Assembly: GCA_963801165.1 (NCBI GenBank)
Contig: CAWDDT010000004.1
Span: 128,001-192,000, forward strand
Reading direction: 5' to 3'
Source: an uncultured bacterium
Lineage (GTDB): Bacteria > Actinomycetota > Acidimicrobiia > Spongiisociales > UBA5794
DNA: 64,000 bases
A program made the translations under genes and the position numbers. Below, piece by piece: positions 21,538 through 31,242 of the stretch (position 1 is its first letter; every line of letters begins with the position of its first letter). The notes beneath the pieces are model-generated. The model was not told where the DNA came from, made no database searches, and saw only the letters and a list, made by a program, of their open reading frames with translations.

Positions 21538-23152
21538 GTGACGGCGGTGGATGAAGCCATTGACCTGCGTGGCGACGATCGGACGGTCCCGGCGCATCGC
21601 GCCGTGGATGCTCGCTCGCGGTTCCTGGTAAATACCAGCCAGGAGATCCGGAGCCGTGTCAACGAGATCGTGAGTCACACCGGATCGGTTCTCGACACGA
21701 CCCTCACCCTCGAGCAACGTGGCGCTCTCACGGATGTGCAGCAGTCCGCCGAGGATCTGCTCACCCTCGTCAACGATCTGTACGACGTGTCCCGTCTCGA
21801 GGAGGGCGACTTCACCCTCGAAGACATACCGTTCTTGCTGCGGCGTACCGTCGATCACCTCATCAAGGTGATGGCGCCCGCCGCGGTCGAGAAGGGTCTG
21901 CAGCTCACCCACGAGTTCCAGGCCGGGCTGCCCGACTGGCTGCGGGGTGACCCGGGCCGGTTCCGGCAGATGATCGCCAACCTCATCGACAACGCCATCA
22001 AGTTCACCAGCGTTGGCGGCGTGCGTGTCGCTATCACCGGCGAGCCCAACGGCAGCGAAGGCCTCGATCTGCGGATCTCGGTGTCGGACAGCGGAATTGG
22101 GATCCCTACGGAAGCGCAGGACCGTGTCTTCGAGTGGTTCGCCCAGGGGAACGCGGCAACGTCGCGCAACTTTGGTGGCATCGGGCTCGGTTTGCCGATC
22201 GCCGCCAAGCTGGCAGAAAAGATGGGTGGTCGCATCTGGATGGAGAGCAAAACCGGGGTCGGAACGACGGTCCACTGTGCGGTCACCGTCCAGCTCGGCG
22301 ATGCGCCCGACGGGACACAGAAGATCATGGATGCGTTCCGGGCGGTTCCCGACGAGTTCCCGGTTCTAGTCATCTCGGACCTCGAGGAAGAGCGACGCAG
22401 GCTCGTCTCGGTTCTGGGAGAAGGCAACATGTCACCGATTGCGGTGGCTCATATCGAGCCAGCCTTCAGCGCCATTCAGCGTGCCGCCGAGCGGGGCAGC
22501 CCGGTCAAGGCGGTCGTTTTCGCCGTCGGCGAGGACCCGTTCAACCTCTATGCCAGGTTCCGGTCGGCATTTGTCGAGCGAATTCCCGCCGTCGTTACGG
22601 TCCCGTCCGGCAGGACGGGGCGATGCCAACCTCTGTCGTGAGCTCGGGATCGCCGGATACCTGGCAGGTTCCTATGAGCAGAACGACGTCGCCGACATGG
22701 TGCGGGCGGTCGTCGAGTTGGGGAGACGTGGTGACGCGTCCCTGGTGACCAGACACCGGCTGCGTGAAGGCCGGAGCAGTCTGCGCATCCTGATTGCCGA
22801 CGACAGCCCGACCAATGTCAAGCTGACGACACGCATGCTGGAGAACCGCGACCACACGGTCACGGCGGTGGAGAACGGGCGTCTGGCTCTCGAGGCGCTA
22901 CGGCTCGGGGACTTCGATGTCATCCTCATGGACGTGCAGATGCCGGTGATGGACGGGATCCAGGCAACGAAGGCCATCCGGGAGGAAGAGGGGACCAGGG
23001 GCAAGCGGATCCCCATCATTGGGCTCACGGCATACGACGACAGGCAGGTATGCCTCGACGCCGGCATGGACGAGCATCTCACTAAGCCCTACCGTCCCCA
23101 GGATCTGTTCACCGTTGTCGAGGACCTGGCGTCACCTCGCATCGAGGGCTGA
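21538..23152 (+). CDS. Soluble hybrid histidine kinase with degenerate and intact receiver domains, frameshifted near 22620
   Basis: NLIDNAIKFT, DSGIG, GIGLGL; receiver ADD/LMDVQMP/KP in ORF 22439..23152. Confidence 0.85.
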
Positions 23153-23262
23153 AACCAGCGTTTGCTGCTGGGGCTGCCGTCATCGGGGCGGCCGGCGATG
23201 ACGCTTGCCTCGCATGACGTTACCTGCACGCCGATGCCTGACCAGGGCGGGGTTCGGCAACC

Positions 23263-24252
23263 GTGAAGCGAAGTACGATCACACCGATGACCTCCGCAGG
23301 GGTTGCCCCCGATAGTCGCATTCGCCTTCTGGCGTGGTCCGCACTGTGGCTGACGATTGCCGTCGTCGCCGGCGGTGCGCTCGTCCGCGCCACGGACTCG
23401 GGTGCAGGCTGTGGTGCGTCGTGGCCGATCTGCGGTGGCAAGGTGGTGCCCCACATCGGTACCTACCACACCGCCATCGAGTTCAGCCATCGCATGGCAA
23501 CCGGTCTGCTCGGGATCGTGCTGGTCACGCTGTTGGTGCTGGTGCGACGCCGTTACCCGAAAGGCCACCATCTCCGGGGCGCGGTATACGCCGCAGGTAC
23601 GTTCCTGGTGGTCGAGTCGCTGCTCGGCGCCTCCCTGGTCCTGTTCGGCTGGGTCGAGTACGACGCATCTATCGCCCGGCTCATCGTGGTGCCGGTTCAC
23701 CTGATCAACACGTTCCTGCTGATCGGGTCGATGGCGCTCATTGCCTACTTTGCCAGCGGTGGTGGCACGTTCCGGGTCGACTGGAGCCGTCCGCGAGACA
23801 AGCTTCTCACCGGCTCGCTCGGGATCATCCTCTTCATCGGTGCCAGCGGTGCGCTCGATGCGCTCGCCGATACCCTGATCTTCTCCGGCCACCTCCGCGT
23901 TGCCGCACCGGGTGAGCTGCTGGTGACCGAACCGGTGCTCCGTCAGATCAGGACGATCCATCCCTTTGTCGCCATCGCCGGTGGTCTGGCCGTCTACATG
24001 CTGGTCCGGTATCTGACCGACGATGCTGAGCCCGGTGTGCGCCGTCTCGGTTTCGGGGTCCAGCTGGTCATCTGGTTCCAGTTCATCCTCGGCATGATGA
24101 ACATCGCGTTGGAGGTGCCGCTCGAGATCCAGCTCGTCCACCTCTTTGTCGCCGACGTGCTCTGGGTGCTCACCCTGTTGATCGCGTTCAACCTGTTGCG
24201 GGCGAGATCCGGCGTGCCGGACGCCGCACCTACCCCTGCCGGGGCGCTATGA
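23263..24252 (+). CDS. ctaA: Heme A synthase (COX15/CtaA)
   Basis: G.LVRATDSGAGC..WP.C, IEFSHR, conserved His in TMs. Confidence 0.9.
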   Translation: MKRSTITPMTSAGVAPDSRIRLLAWSALWLTIAVVAGGALVRATDSGAGCGASWPICGGKVVPHIGTYHTAIEFSHRMATGLLGIVLVTLLVLVRRRYPKGHHLRGAVYAAGTFLVVESLLGASLVLFGWVEYDASIARLIVVPVHLINTFLLIGSMALIAYFASGGGTFRVDWSRPRDKLLTGSLGIILFIGASGALDALADTLIFSGHLRVAAPGELLVTEPVLRQIRTIHPFVAIAGGLAVYMLVRYLTDDAEPGVRRLGFGVQLVIWFQFILGMMNIALEVPLEIQLVHLFVADVLWVLTLLIAFNLLRARSGVPDAAPTPAGAL

Positions 24253-25148
24253 CGAGTCCTTCGGTTCGCATCACAAACCCGCGTACAGACGTGTCGGTGG
24301 TGAAGACCTACGTCGAGTTGATGAAGCTGCGCATCGTCGAGTTGCTGTTGATCACGACGCTGCCCGCGATGGTTGCGGCCGCCCGGGGATGGCCCGGCTG
24401 GTGGCTGGCCTTTGCCACGCTTGTCGGGGGCACCCTGTCCTCGGCGGGCGCCAACGCCATCAACCAGGCCATCGACATCGACATCGATCGGGTAATGAGC
24501 CGCACCCGCCGTCGGCCGCTGCCCACCGACCGTGTCTCGCGCAGGGCCGTAGTTGTTTTCGGCTCTGCCCTGGGTGGTGCCGGGTTCGCCTGGTTATGGG
24601 CGACCACGAACCTTCTGGCGGCGACGCTGTCGCTAACCGGTCTGCTCCTCTACGTGTTCGTGTACTCGCTGTTGCTCAAACGGACGACCACCCAGAACAT
24701 CGTGATCGGTGGCGCGGCGGGCGCCATGCCCGCTCTGGTCGGATGGGCGGCGGTGACCAACTCGGTGGCGTTACCGGCCTGGGTGATGTTCGCCATCGTG
24801 TTCTTCTGGACGCCGCCCCACTTTTGGGCACTGGCGGTGCGGTACCGCAAGGACTACGAACGGGCCGGCGTCCCGATGCTTCCCGTCGTAGTCGGGGAGC
24901 GGAGGGCGATGGACCACATGGTCGCCTACACGGTCACGCTCATCGGCATGACCCTGCTGCTCTACGCAACGGGGGCGGTCGGTTGGCTCTACCTCGTCGC
25001 GGCGGCAACTGCCGGAATCGCCTTCCTCGCCGGCACCTGGTCGTTGCGAGATCATCCCGAGGCGGCAATGCGCTACTTCACATATTCGAACGTGTATTTG
25101 AGCGTGGTCTTCATCGCCATTGCGGTCGATGTGCTGGTGCTGGGATGA
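24249..25148 (+). CDS. ctaB: Protoheme IX farnesyltransferase
   Basis: DIDRVMSRTRRRPLP, LKR.T.QNIVIGG, WTPPHFWAL. Confidence 0.95.
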   Translation: MTSPSVRITNPRTDVSVVKTYVELMKLRIVELLLITTLPAMVAAARGWPGWWLAFATLVGGTLSSAGANAINQAIDIDIDRVMSRTRRRPLPTDRVSRRAVVVFGSALGGAGFAWLWATTNLLAATLSLTGLLLYVFVYSLLLKRTTTQNIVIGGAAGAMPALVGWAAVTNSVALPAWVMFAIVFFWTPPHFWALAVRYRKDYERAGVPMLPVVVGERRAMDHMVAYTVTLIGMTLLLYATGAVGWLYLVAAATAGIAFLAGTWSLRDHPEAAMRYFTYSNVYLSVVFIAIAVDVLVLG

Positions 25149-25327
25149 GGGGCACCGTGCTGGTTGTCGGGACTGTCCTGACCGGGCTGGGTCTGGCGAT
25201 GATCCTGTGGCGCGAGCTCTCCGGTGCCCGGGAGCGTCGGCGGGTCGGGGCGGTGCGTGACGTTGTCGAAGTCCTGTTGCCCCTGGTGGCGGCGGTGGTG
25301 CTCGTTGTGTGGGTGTGGGTCTCCTAG
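25145..25327 (+). CDS. Small 2-TM protein
   Basis: ATGA overlap with ctaB; two hydrophobic helices. Confidence 0.55.
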   Translation: MRGTVLVVGTVLTGLGLAMILWRELSGARERRRVGAVRDVVEVLLPLVAAVVLVVWVWVS

Positions 25328-25427
25328 CACCGGGAGGCCTACGTGTGGCGTAGGCCCGTCGACAGGTGGCGGGAAATTCCGAGGAGCGCACTGAGCGGCC
25401 GGGGCAAAACGTACCCCGGGGTCGCCC

Positions 25428-26072
25428 TCAATCAGGCAGAATGATCGAATAGCGCTCCGGAACTGCCGGGGTCCGATCCGGACGGAAACCGACCCTGGCG
25501 TAGTACTTTTCCTGCTCGGGATTAGCGACCCGGGTCCAGGCGCAGCGGCAATTGGCTTCGGTGAAGAGACCGGACTGCTTCGAGTACAGCCAGTGCGCCA
25601 GCCTGAAGTCGCGGTACTGGGGGATCACGTAGTCGAACAAGATCTCGATCGATGAGTCACCGTGCACGTTGGCGATGACGAGCCCGGCGGGGACCAGATC
25701 ACGCAGCAGAAGGATGGCCAGGGTCTTGGGGCCCGGCTCGTAGACGAACCGGCTGTTGTGGCCGGCGGCAATGTCGGTGCCATAGAACTCGAGGAAGTAC
25801 TGGATGTAGCGGGAGTCCGGGCTAACGGTGAGGATCCGGAATACCTCGTTTTTCTTCCGCACCAGCCTGCGCAGGTGGTACAGGTGGATACCGGCGGCGG
25901 TGACATTGACGACCGCGATCGGGTAGGCACCGATGGCGACGCTGTAGCCAAGGAACGTTGCCGATGCCACGACGCCGATGGTGCGCAGCCGCAGGATGGA
26001 TTTCTGCAGCAGCGACAGAATGACAAGCGCCGACCCGACGTAACCGACGACCTGAATCCAGAATCCACTCAC
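25428..26072 (-). CDS. YgjV-like membrane domain with GNAT-like C-terminus
   Basis: GYVGSALV.LSL..SILRLR; DYVIPQYRDFRLA. Confidence 0.7.
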   Translation of the reverse strand: MSGFWIQVVGYVGSALVILSLLQKSILRLRTIGVVASATFLGYSVAIGAYPIAVVNVTAAGIHLYHLRRLVRKKNEVFRILTVSPDSRYIQYFLEFYGTDIAAGHNSRFVYEPGPKTLAILLLRDLVPAGLVIANVHGDSSIEILFDYVIPQYRDFRLAHWLYSKQSGLFTEANCRCAWTRVANPEQEKYYARVGFRPDRTPAVPERYSIILPD

Positions 26073-26110
26073 ATCGCGGCAGAGTAGCGGCGGCGGCGGC
26101 CGGCGGTTCG

Positions 26111-29100
26111 CTACCCGTCGACTACCCGGCCCACGATCATGAACAGGCGGGCCGACCCGTCCGTGATGGGATAGGTGGCGGCTCCACCGAGGCTGACGTC
26201 CTGCTTGTAGGACGTGCCGACGACGACGACGGCGTCCGTCCCGACGGCAGGAGTCGTGGTCCACCACCAGCCGTCGGTCCGGCCGAACAGCACGATGTCC
26301 TCGACCTCGCTCCAAACGTTGCCGTCGGCGGACAGATAGACCGCAGCCGGTTGCCCCCGGGTGCTGTCGAAGCCGAACGCGGCCAGGCCGAGCGGACCAA
26401 CAGAGATGTCACTCGCCGCCACGATACGGTCGTCGGCCGTGTGCAACTGTCGCCACACGGTTCCGTCATCGGATGTCCAGACACTGAGCCCGTAGTCACA
26501 TTCGGCGCCGGCACTCTCATCCGCGCAGTTCAGCTCCAGGCTCTGCCCGACGACAAAGTAGCGGTCGCGGTCGCGCAGCGCGTTCCCGGAGAAGGCCACG
26601 TTGTCGAGGGCCACGGACTCGGTGACGAGGGTCCAGATCTGACCATCGCGGGTCGACCACATCGACGTCGCACCGGTCGCCGGGTCGTTTACGAAGGCGA
26701 CAAAGCCATCGTCGGTCGCCTCGAATTGCACGCCCGCTTCGATGGTCAGGGGCGGTGGTGTCACCCCAACAGTCACGTGGAAATCCGGGTCGATCATGTA
26801 GAGAGCAGTCGAGCCTCCGGCTTCGTACCGGTTGAAGGTCGCCACGAAGACGAGTATCCGGTCATTGCCGGCGACGCTGCTGAACGCAGAGTTTGCAGGA
26901 TCTTGGGCGGGAATGTCGATGTGTGTCCACTGATCGCCGTCGAAGTACACCATGCCCAGACCCGCTTCGGTCCACTGGTTGGCGACGATCCCATCCTGGA
27001 ACGCACTAACGCCCCACATGTTCCCTACCTCGCCGGGCAACGGCGGCTGCTCCCAATCAACGCCGTCGCCCGAGGTGAACAGAATTGGGTCGGACGCACC
27101 GTTCGTCGTGGTGGTGTAGCCGCTGAGGACAAAACCGAGCTTCGACCAAACGACCGACGGCTGTGTCACCGTGTCGAATCCGTCGGGTTCGAGCCAGCTC
27201 CACTCCATATCCCCGAGTACCGTTGGGACGGTCGCAGTCTCGCCCGGTTGGAGCAGGCGGTCGAGATAATGCCGGGCGGCGTCGAGGTGTTGCTGCGCCG
27301 ATGCCGCGGTGAAAGCGACCCCACCCTCAATCTGTGGCCCAAAGGCTTCCCACATCGCCACCGACGGGTCGACATCGACCGTCGCGCTACTCAGCACGCC
27401 ATCGCGGATCACGGCCCGCAGTCCACCCTGACCATCGCTGCCTGAAAACAAGCTCAGCAGATCGGAGTTCACCGTGTAAGCACAGGACACGTCGACATGA
27501 TCCGACGAACCGAGCGATACCGCGGTCGTGCACCCGTCGACCGCAATCGACGCGTTGGTGCCCGCCAGATAGTCGATCGTCCCTGCAACGCGGTCGGTGA
27601 CCAGGTTGCCCTGATCGTCCCACCAACCCTGGTCCTCGTGTGCCAGGGAGGGAACCTCGAAGGGCGCATGTGGTGGCGAGACCTGTCCTGGAAGCAAATC
27701 CACGAGCGCGCCGGCATCGTGCCCGGACAGGGCTTCGAGGTACGCACGAACCTGATCCTCGGCTGCTGCCGCCGTCGGGTCCGTGTCCCATCGGCCGCGC
27801 CACGTCCCGGTCTCGGCCCCCGACGCTGTTGCCACCAGCGCATCACCGTGGGTGTCGATCGCAAACGAATCGGGGTACGTGCCCCGCAGTGTCTTTCGGC
27901 TCCAATTCACGCCTCCGTCGTCGGTGAGCCAGAGCTCGGTCGCGGCCGTTCCTCCGGTGCTGCCGATGATCGCCATCCTGGCGCCCTCGGCGGCGATTCG
28001 GGAGGGGAGGAACATACCCCGCACGATCACCGACTCATCGATCCCGACGTACATGTCGGCTCGGGGGTCGCCCTCGATCTCTATGCCGCTGGAGGAGATG
28101 CTGTCAACCTTGAAGGTGCCGACGTCGGTCTCAATGGTGGTTCCCACCGTCACCTGTTCCGGGGTGTTGTTGACCGCCAGAACGGCGCTCGGGTTGTCGC
28201 CGGGGTTGGTCGTGGTAACCGAGAACGAGACGCTGGTCTCGTCGAGGTGGGGCTCCCGATCACCAAGACGGCTCCAGTTGGCACCGTCGGTGGATTCCCA
28301 GAGCGCCGGCTCGAGCGGCGCATCCTGTGTGGTGGTCTTGCCGAGCGCCACCAGCCGGTCACCGTCCACCACGAGATCGTCGATGGCATCGACTGCGTCA
28401 TCGATGCCGACCAACTGCCAGTCCATCCCGTCCGTGGAGCGGTAGATGGCGCCGTGGGTCAAGCCTGCGGTCGTTGTCGCCCCGTAGGCGTAGTAGGCGG
28501 TCCCGTCGGTGGCCAGCCCTAGTAGCAGCGCGGTGTCGAGGCCGGTGAGCGTGTCGTGACGGCTCCACTCCACGCCGTCGGCAGAGGTCCATCCGATCCA
28601 CCCGGCGCCGTCGCCGGTGATCGTCAACAGCTGCGGTCCGGCTACGAGACCGATGGCGTTCTGCGGGTCCGGCCCGAGCAAACCTCGGTAGTGCCAGGCT
28701 TCTGCGGGCCGTTGCGATGTCCAGATACCGACGCTGTCCTCGACGCTGCCGAGGGCCACCATGTCGCCGTCCCAGCTGACGATATGGTCGATGCTTGACT
28801 TTCCGACCGGTCTCACGGTGGGGACCTTCTGCCACGTCGTCGCCGAACCGGCCCACCACACCTGCGCCCCTCTCGGCACCGAACCGCCGGCGACGTAGAT
28901 GCCTCCCGCCCGCTCCAGGTCGCGTATCTGCGCCGCGTCGTCGACGGGTGCCGACTCCCACTCGAGCATGTCGTCCGTCGCGGTGCGTAGATCCAGGTTC
29001 CTCGCGTCGAGTGCTGCGATGGGTGGCACCCGGGTGGTAGTCGGCGCGGCGGTCGTGGCTGTGGGGCGGGTCACCACGACGAACACGGCGAGTAGCCCGA

Positions 29101-29263
29101 GCAGGACCGTCACCGGTAGTAGCCAGCGAGGGCGAGGATTGAGATTGGGTGGCGGAGCGGTGGCGTTGTCGTTGGCAGGGAGAACGCGGATAGCCGGTTC
29201 GCTCTCATGACGAGCCAAGCTATTCCCTCCGTTTCTGCGCCGTTTGTTCGAACTCTCCGGCAT
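26111..29263 (-). CDS. Large membrane-anchored protein with Asp-box/beta-propeller repeats
   Basis: N-terminal TM; many S.DG..W repeats; start uncertain. Confidence 0.75.
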   Translation of the reverse strand: MPESSNKRRRNGGNSLARHESEPAIRVLPANDNATAPPPNLNPRPRWLLPVTVLLGLLAVFVVVTRPTATTAAPTTTRVPPIAALDARNLDLRTATDDMLEWESAPVDDAAQIRDLERAGGIYVAGGSVPRGAQVWWAGSATTWQKVPTVRPVGKSSIDHIVSWDGDMVALGSVEDSVGIWTSQRPAEAWHYRGLLGPDPQNAIGLVAGPQLLTITGDGAGWIGWTSADGVEWSRHDTLTGLDTALLLGLATDGTAYYAYGATTTAGLTHGAIYRSTDGMDWQLVGIDDAVDAIDDLVVDGDRLVALGKTTTQDAPLEPALWESTDGANWSRLGDREPHLDETSVSFSVTTTNPGDNPSAVLAVNNTPEQVTVGTTIETDVGTFKVDSISSSGIEIEGDPRADMYVGIDESVIVRGMFLPSRIAAEGARMAIIGSTGGTAATELWLTDDGGVNWSRKTLRGTYPDSFAIDTHGDALVATASGAETGTWRGRWDTDPTAAAAEDQVRAYLEALSGHDAGALVDLLPGQVSPPHAPFEVPSLAHEDQGWWDDQGNLVTDRVAGTIDYLAGTNASIAVDGCTTAVSLGSSDHVDVSCAYTVNSDLLSLFSGSDGQGGLRAVIRDGVLSSATVDVDPSVAMWEAFGPQIEGGVAFTAASAQQHLDAARHYLDRLLQPGETATVPTVLGDMEWSWLEPDGFDTVTQPSVVWSKLGFVLSGYTTTTNGASDPILFTSGDGVDWEQPPLPGEVGNMWGVSAFQDGIVANQWTEAGLGMVYFDGDQWTHIDIPAQDPANSAFSSVAGNDRILVFVATFNRYEAGGSTALYMIDPDFHVTVGVTPPPLTIEAGVQFEATDDGFVAFVNDPATGATSMWSTRDGQIWTLVTESVALDNVAFSGNALRDRDRYFVVGQSLELNCADESAGAECDYGLSVWTSDDGTVWRQLHTADDRIVAASDISVGPLGLAAFGFDSTRGQPAAVYLSADGNVWSEVEDIVLFGRTDGWWWTTTPAVGTDAVVVVGTSYKQDVSLGGAATYPITDGSARLFMIVGRVVDG

Positions 29264-29305
29264 ACTCCCAACGTTACGCAATGGACACCCGTTCCGGTTC
29301 CGCGC

Positions 29306-29334
29306 TTGCCCGGCCGCGGCACCAGCGTTATCGT
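29306..29334 (+). promoter_or_regulatory. Sigma70-type promoter for the leader peptide
   Basis: TTGCCC-17-TATCGT, ending 8 nt before the ATG at 29343. Confidence 0.55.
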
Positions 29335-29342
29335 GGCCCGCA

Positions 29343-29414
29343 ATGAAGCAGACCTCCTTCTATTTCGTGTATTTCTTTGCCGGGCCCTCGGCCCGGGCAG
29401 AGGGTGCGCGCTAG
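29343..29414 (+). CDS. Phe/Tyr-rich attenuator leader peptide MKQTSFYFVYFFAGPSARAEGAR
   Basis: 4 Phe + 2 Tyr within 7 codons, upstream of an aromatic biosynthesis gene; not in the ORF track. Confidence 0.85.
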   Translation: MKQTSFYFVYFFAGPSARAEGAR

Positions 29415-29436
29415 AAGCGAGGCAACGCCAACCCAC

Positions 29437-29468
29437 AGCCCGAAGCCGAGAGAGGCTTCGGGTTTTTT
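29437..29468 (+). terminator. Attenuator terminator
   Basis: AGCCCGAAGCC-GAGAGA-GGCTTCGGGTT followed by TTTT. Confidence 0.85.
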
Positions 29469-29500
29469 CGTGCCTGGAGCCACCGGCACAGGAGACGATC

Positions 29501-30562
29501 ATGACCGACAGACCCATTCTCAAGAGCCACCGGCGACCCGAGGTCGAGACCAGCATCATCTCGGTCGGCAACGTCAGGTTCGGTGACGGCTCGTATCCGG
29601 TCATCGCCGGCCCTACCGCCGTCGAGAGCGAGGAACAGATCGTCGCCACCGCCGTGTCGCTCGCCGAGTCCGGCGCATCGATGCTGCGTTCGGGGACCTT
29701 CCGAGCCGAGCATTCGCCGTACACCTTCAAAGGCATGGGTCGGGAGGGCCTGTGGCTTCTGGAGAAGGCCGGCCACGCCGCCGGCCTGCCAACGGTCACA
29801 GAAGTGATCGAGCCGGGTCACGTCGAGCTAGTCGCGGATCACGCCGACATGCTCGAGATCGGTCCCGACAACATGCAGAACTTCGTGCTGCTACGGGACG
29901 CGGGGAAGACGAACCGGCCTGTGCTGTTGCATCGCGGGGCTTCGGCGACGGTCGACGAGTGGCTGATGGCCGCCGAATACATCCTCGCCGAGGGCAACGA
30001 CAACGTTGTTCTGTGCGAGCGGGGGAGCCGTGGTTTCGACCCGCGCACCTCCGATACGATCGACATCTCGGTCGTTCCCGTGGTCCAGCGTCTTTCCCAC
30101 CTGCCGGTCGTCATTGATCCTGCGCCCGCCACGGGCGGGGCCGACCTCCTCGCCCCCCTGGCCCTGGCCGGGCGGTCGGTGGGAGCCGATGGGCTGGTCA
30201 TCGCCTCGCACCTGAACCCCGGCGCATCGCTGGCGGGCAACGGTAGCCAGCTCGATCTCGGCGAGTTCGCCAAGCTGATGGATCAGCTGGGGATCCCATC
30301 TTTGCGGGACGAGATCGACCGGGTGGACCGGCAGTTGATCAAGCTGATTGCTCGCCGGCTGCACAGCTCGGTCGAGATCGCCAAGATCAAGGCGTCCAAG
30401 GGTCTCGACATGCGGTCTCCGGACAGGGAAGCGGAGCTCATCGAGGAGGCGGTGCATGACGGCGAGGCGTTCGGAGTCGGCCGCGAGTACATCGAGGCGC
30501 TGATGACGATCGTCCTCGACCACAGCCGTGCCGCCCAGCAGCGTGCGGTGGATTCGCGGTGA
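29501..30562 (+). CDS. Class I-beta DAHP-synthase-like domain (degenerate active site) fused to AroQ chorismate mutase
   Basis: IAGP..VES, SPYTF.G.G, NMQNF.LL, EW..AAEYI..GN..V.LCERG; C-terminal LRDEIDRVD..RR..K..RE..S..Q. Confidence 0.85.
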   Translation: MTDRPILKSHRRPEVETSIISVGNVRFGDGSYPVIAGPTAVESEEQIVATAVSLAESGASMLRSGTFRAEHSPYTFKGMGREGLWLLEKAGHAAGLPTVTEVIEPGHVELVADHADMLEIGPDNMQNFVLLRDAGKTNRPVLLHRGASATVDEWLMAAEYILAEGNDNVVLCERGSRGFDPRTSDTIDISVVPVVQRLSHLPVVIDPAPATGGADLLAPLALAGRSVGADGLVIASHLNPGASLAGNGSQLDLGEFAKLMDQLGIPSLRDEIDRVDRQLIKLIARRLHSSVEIAKIKASKGLDMRSPDREAELIEEAVHDGEAFGVGREYIEALMTIVLDHSRAAQQRAVDSR

Positions 30563-31161
30563 CCCTTGATGTTGTAATCGGTGACGACGAGCTGCCCCGC
30601 TGCTGGTGGGGAGACAGCCCGGATATCTATCGCATCTACCACGACGATGAGTGGGGGCGTCCGGTCGACGACGACCACACGCTGTTCGAGAAGCTGTGTC
30701 TGGAAGGGTTCCAGGCCGGGCTGAGCTGGCTGACGATCTTGAAGCGAAGGGAAGGGTTCCGGGCCGCCTTTCACGGCTTCGACATCGACCGTGTCGCTGC
30801 GATGACCGAGCGTGACGTTGCCCGGCTGGTCCAGGACACCGGAATCATCCGGCACCGGGGCAAGATCGAGTCGACCATCAACAATGCGCAACGCGCCCAG
30901 GAGGTGCGTGACGAACTCGGCTCGCTCGGGGCGTTGGTGTGGTCGTATGAGCCGGTTGGCCCGACCACGGTGCGTGAGTCGGTGACGCCCGAGTCGAATG
31001 CGCTGGCCAGGGATCTCAAGAAGCGCGGCTTCACCTTTGTCGGCCCCACAACGGTCTACGCGTTCATGCAAGCCATGGGCGTCGTCAACGACCACCTCGC
31101 CGGCTGCCACGCTCGGGAGACGGTCGATGAGGCCCGGGCAGGGTTCGTGCGGCCGGCGTAG
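30559..31161 (+). CDS. tag: DNA-3-methyladenine glycosylase I
   Basis: RCWW..YHDDEWG, LEGFQAGLSW, FVGPTTVYAFMQA.G.VNDH..C. Confidence 0.95.
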   Translation: MTLDVVIGDDELPRCWWGDSPDIYRIYHDDEWGRPVDDDHTLFEKLCLEGFQAGLSWLTILKRREGFRAAFHGFDIDRVAAMTERDVARLVQDTGIIRHRGKIESTINNAQRAQEVRDELGSLGALVWSYEPVGPTTVRESVTPESNALARDLKKRGFTFVGPTTVYAFMQAMGVVNDHLAGCHARETVDEARAGFVRPA

Positions 31162-31242
31162 CGCCCGCTTCTTGCGTAGAGCAGAACGGCTATCCGGCAC
31201 GGTCTACGCCCGAACACGAATAGCCGCGGCCGATGGCCTCAC

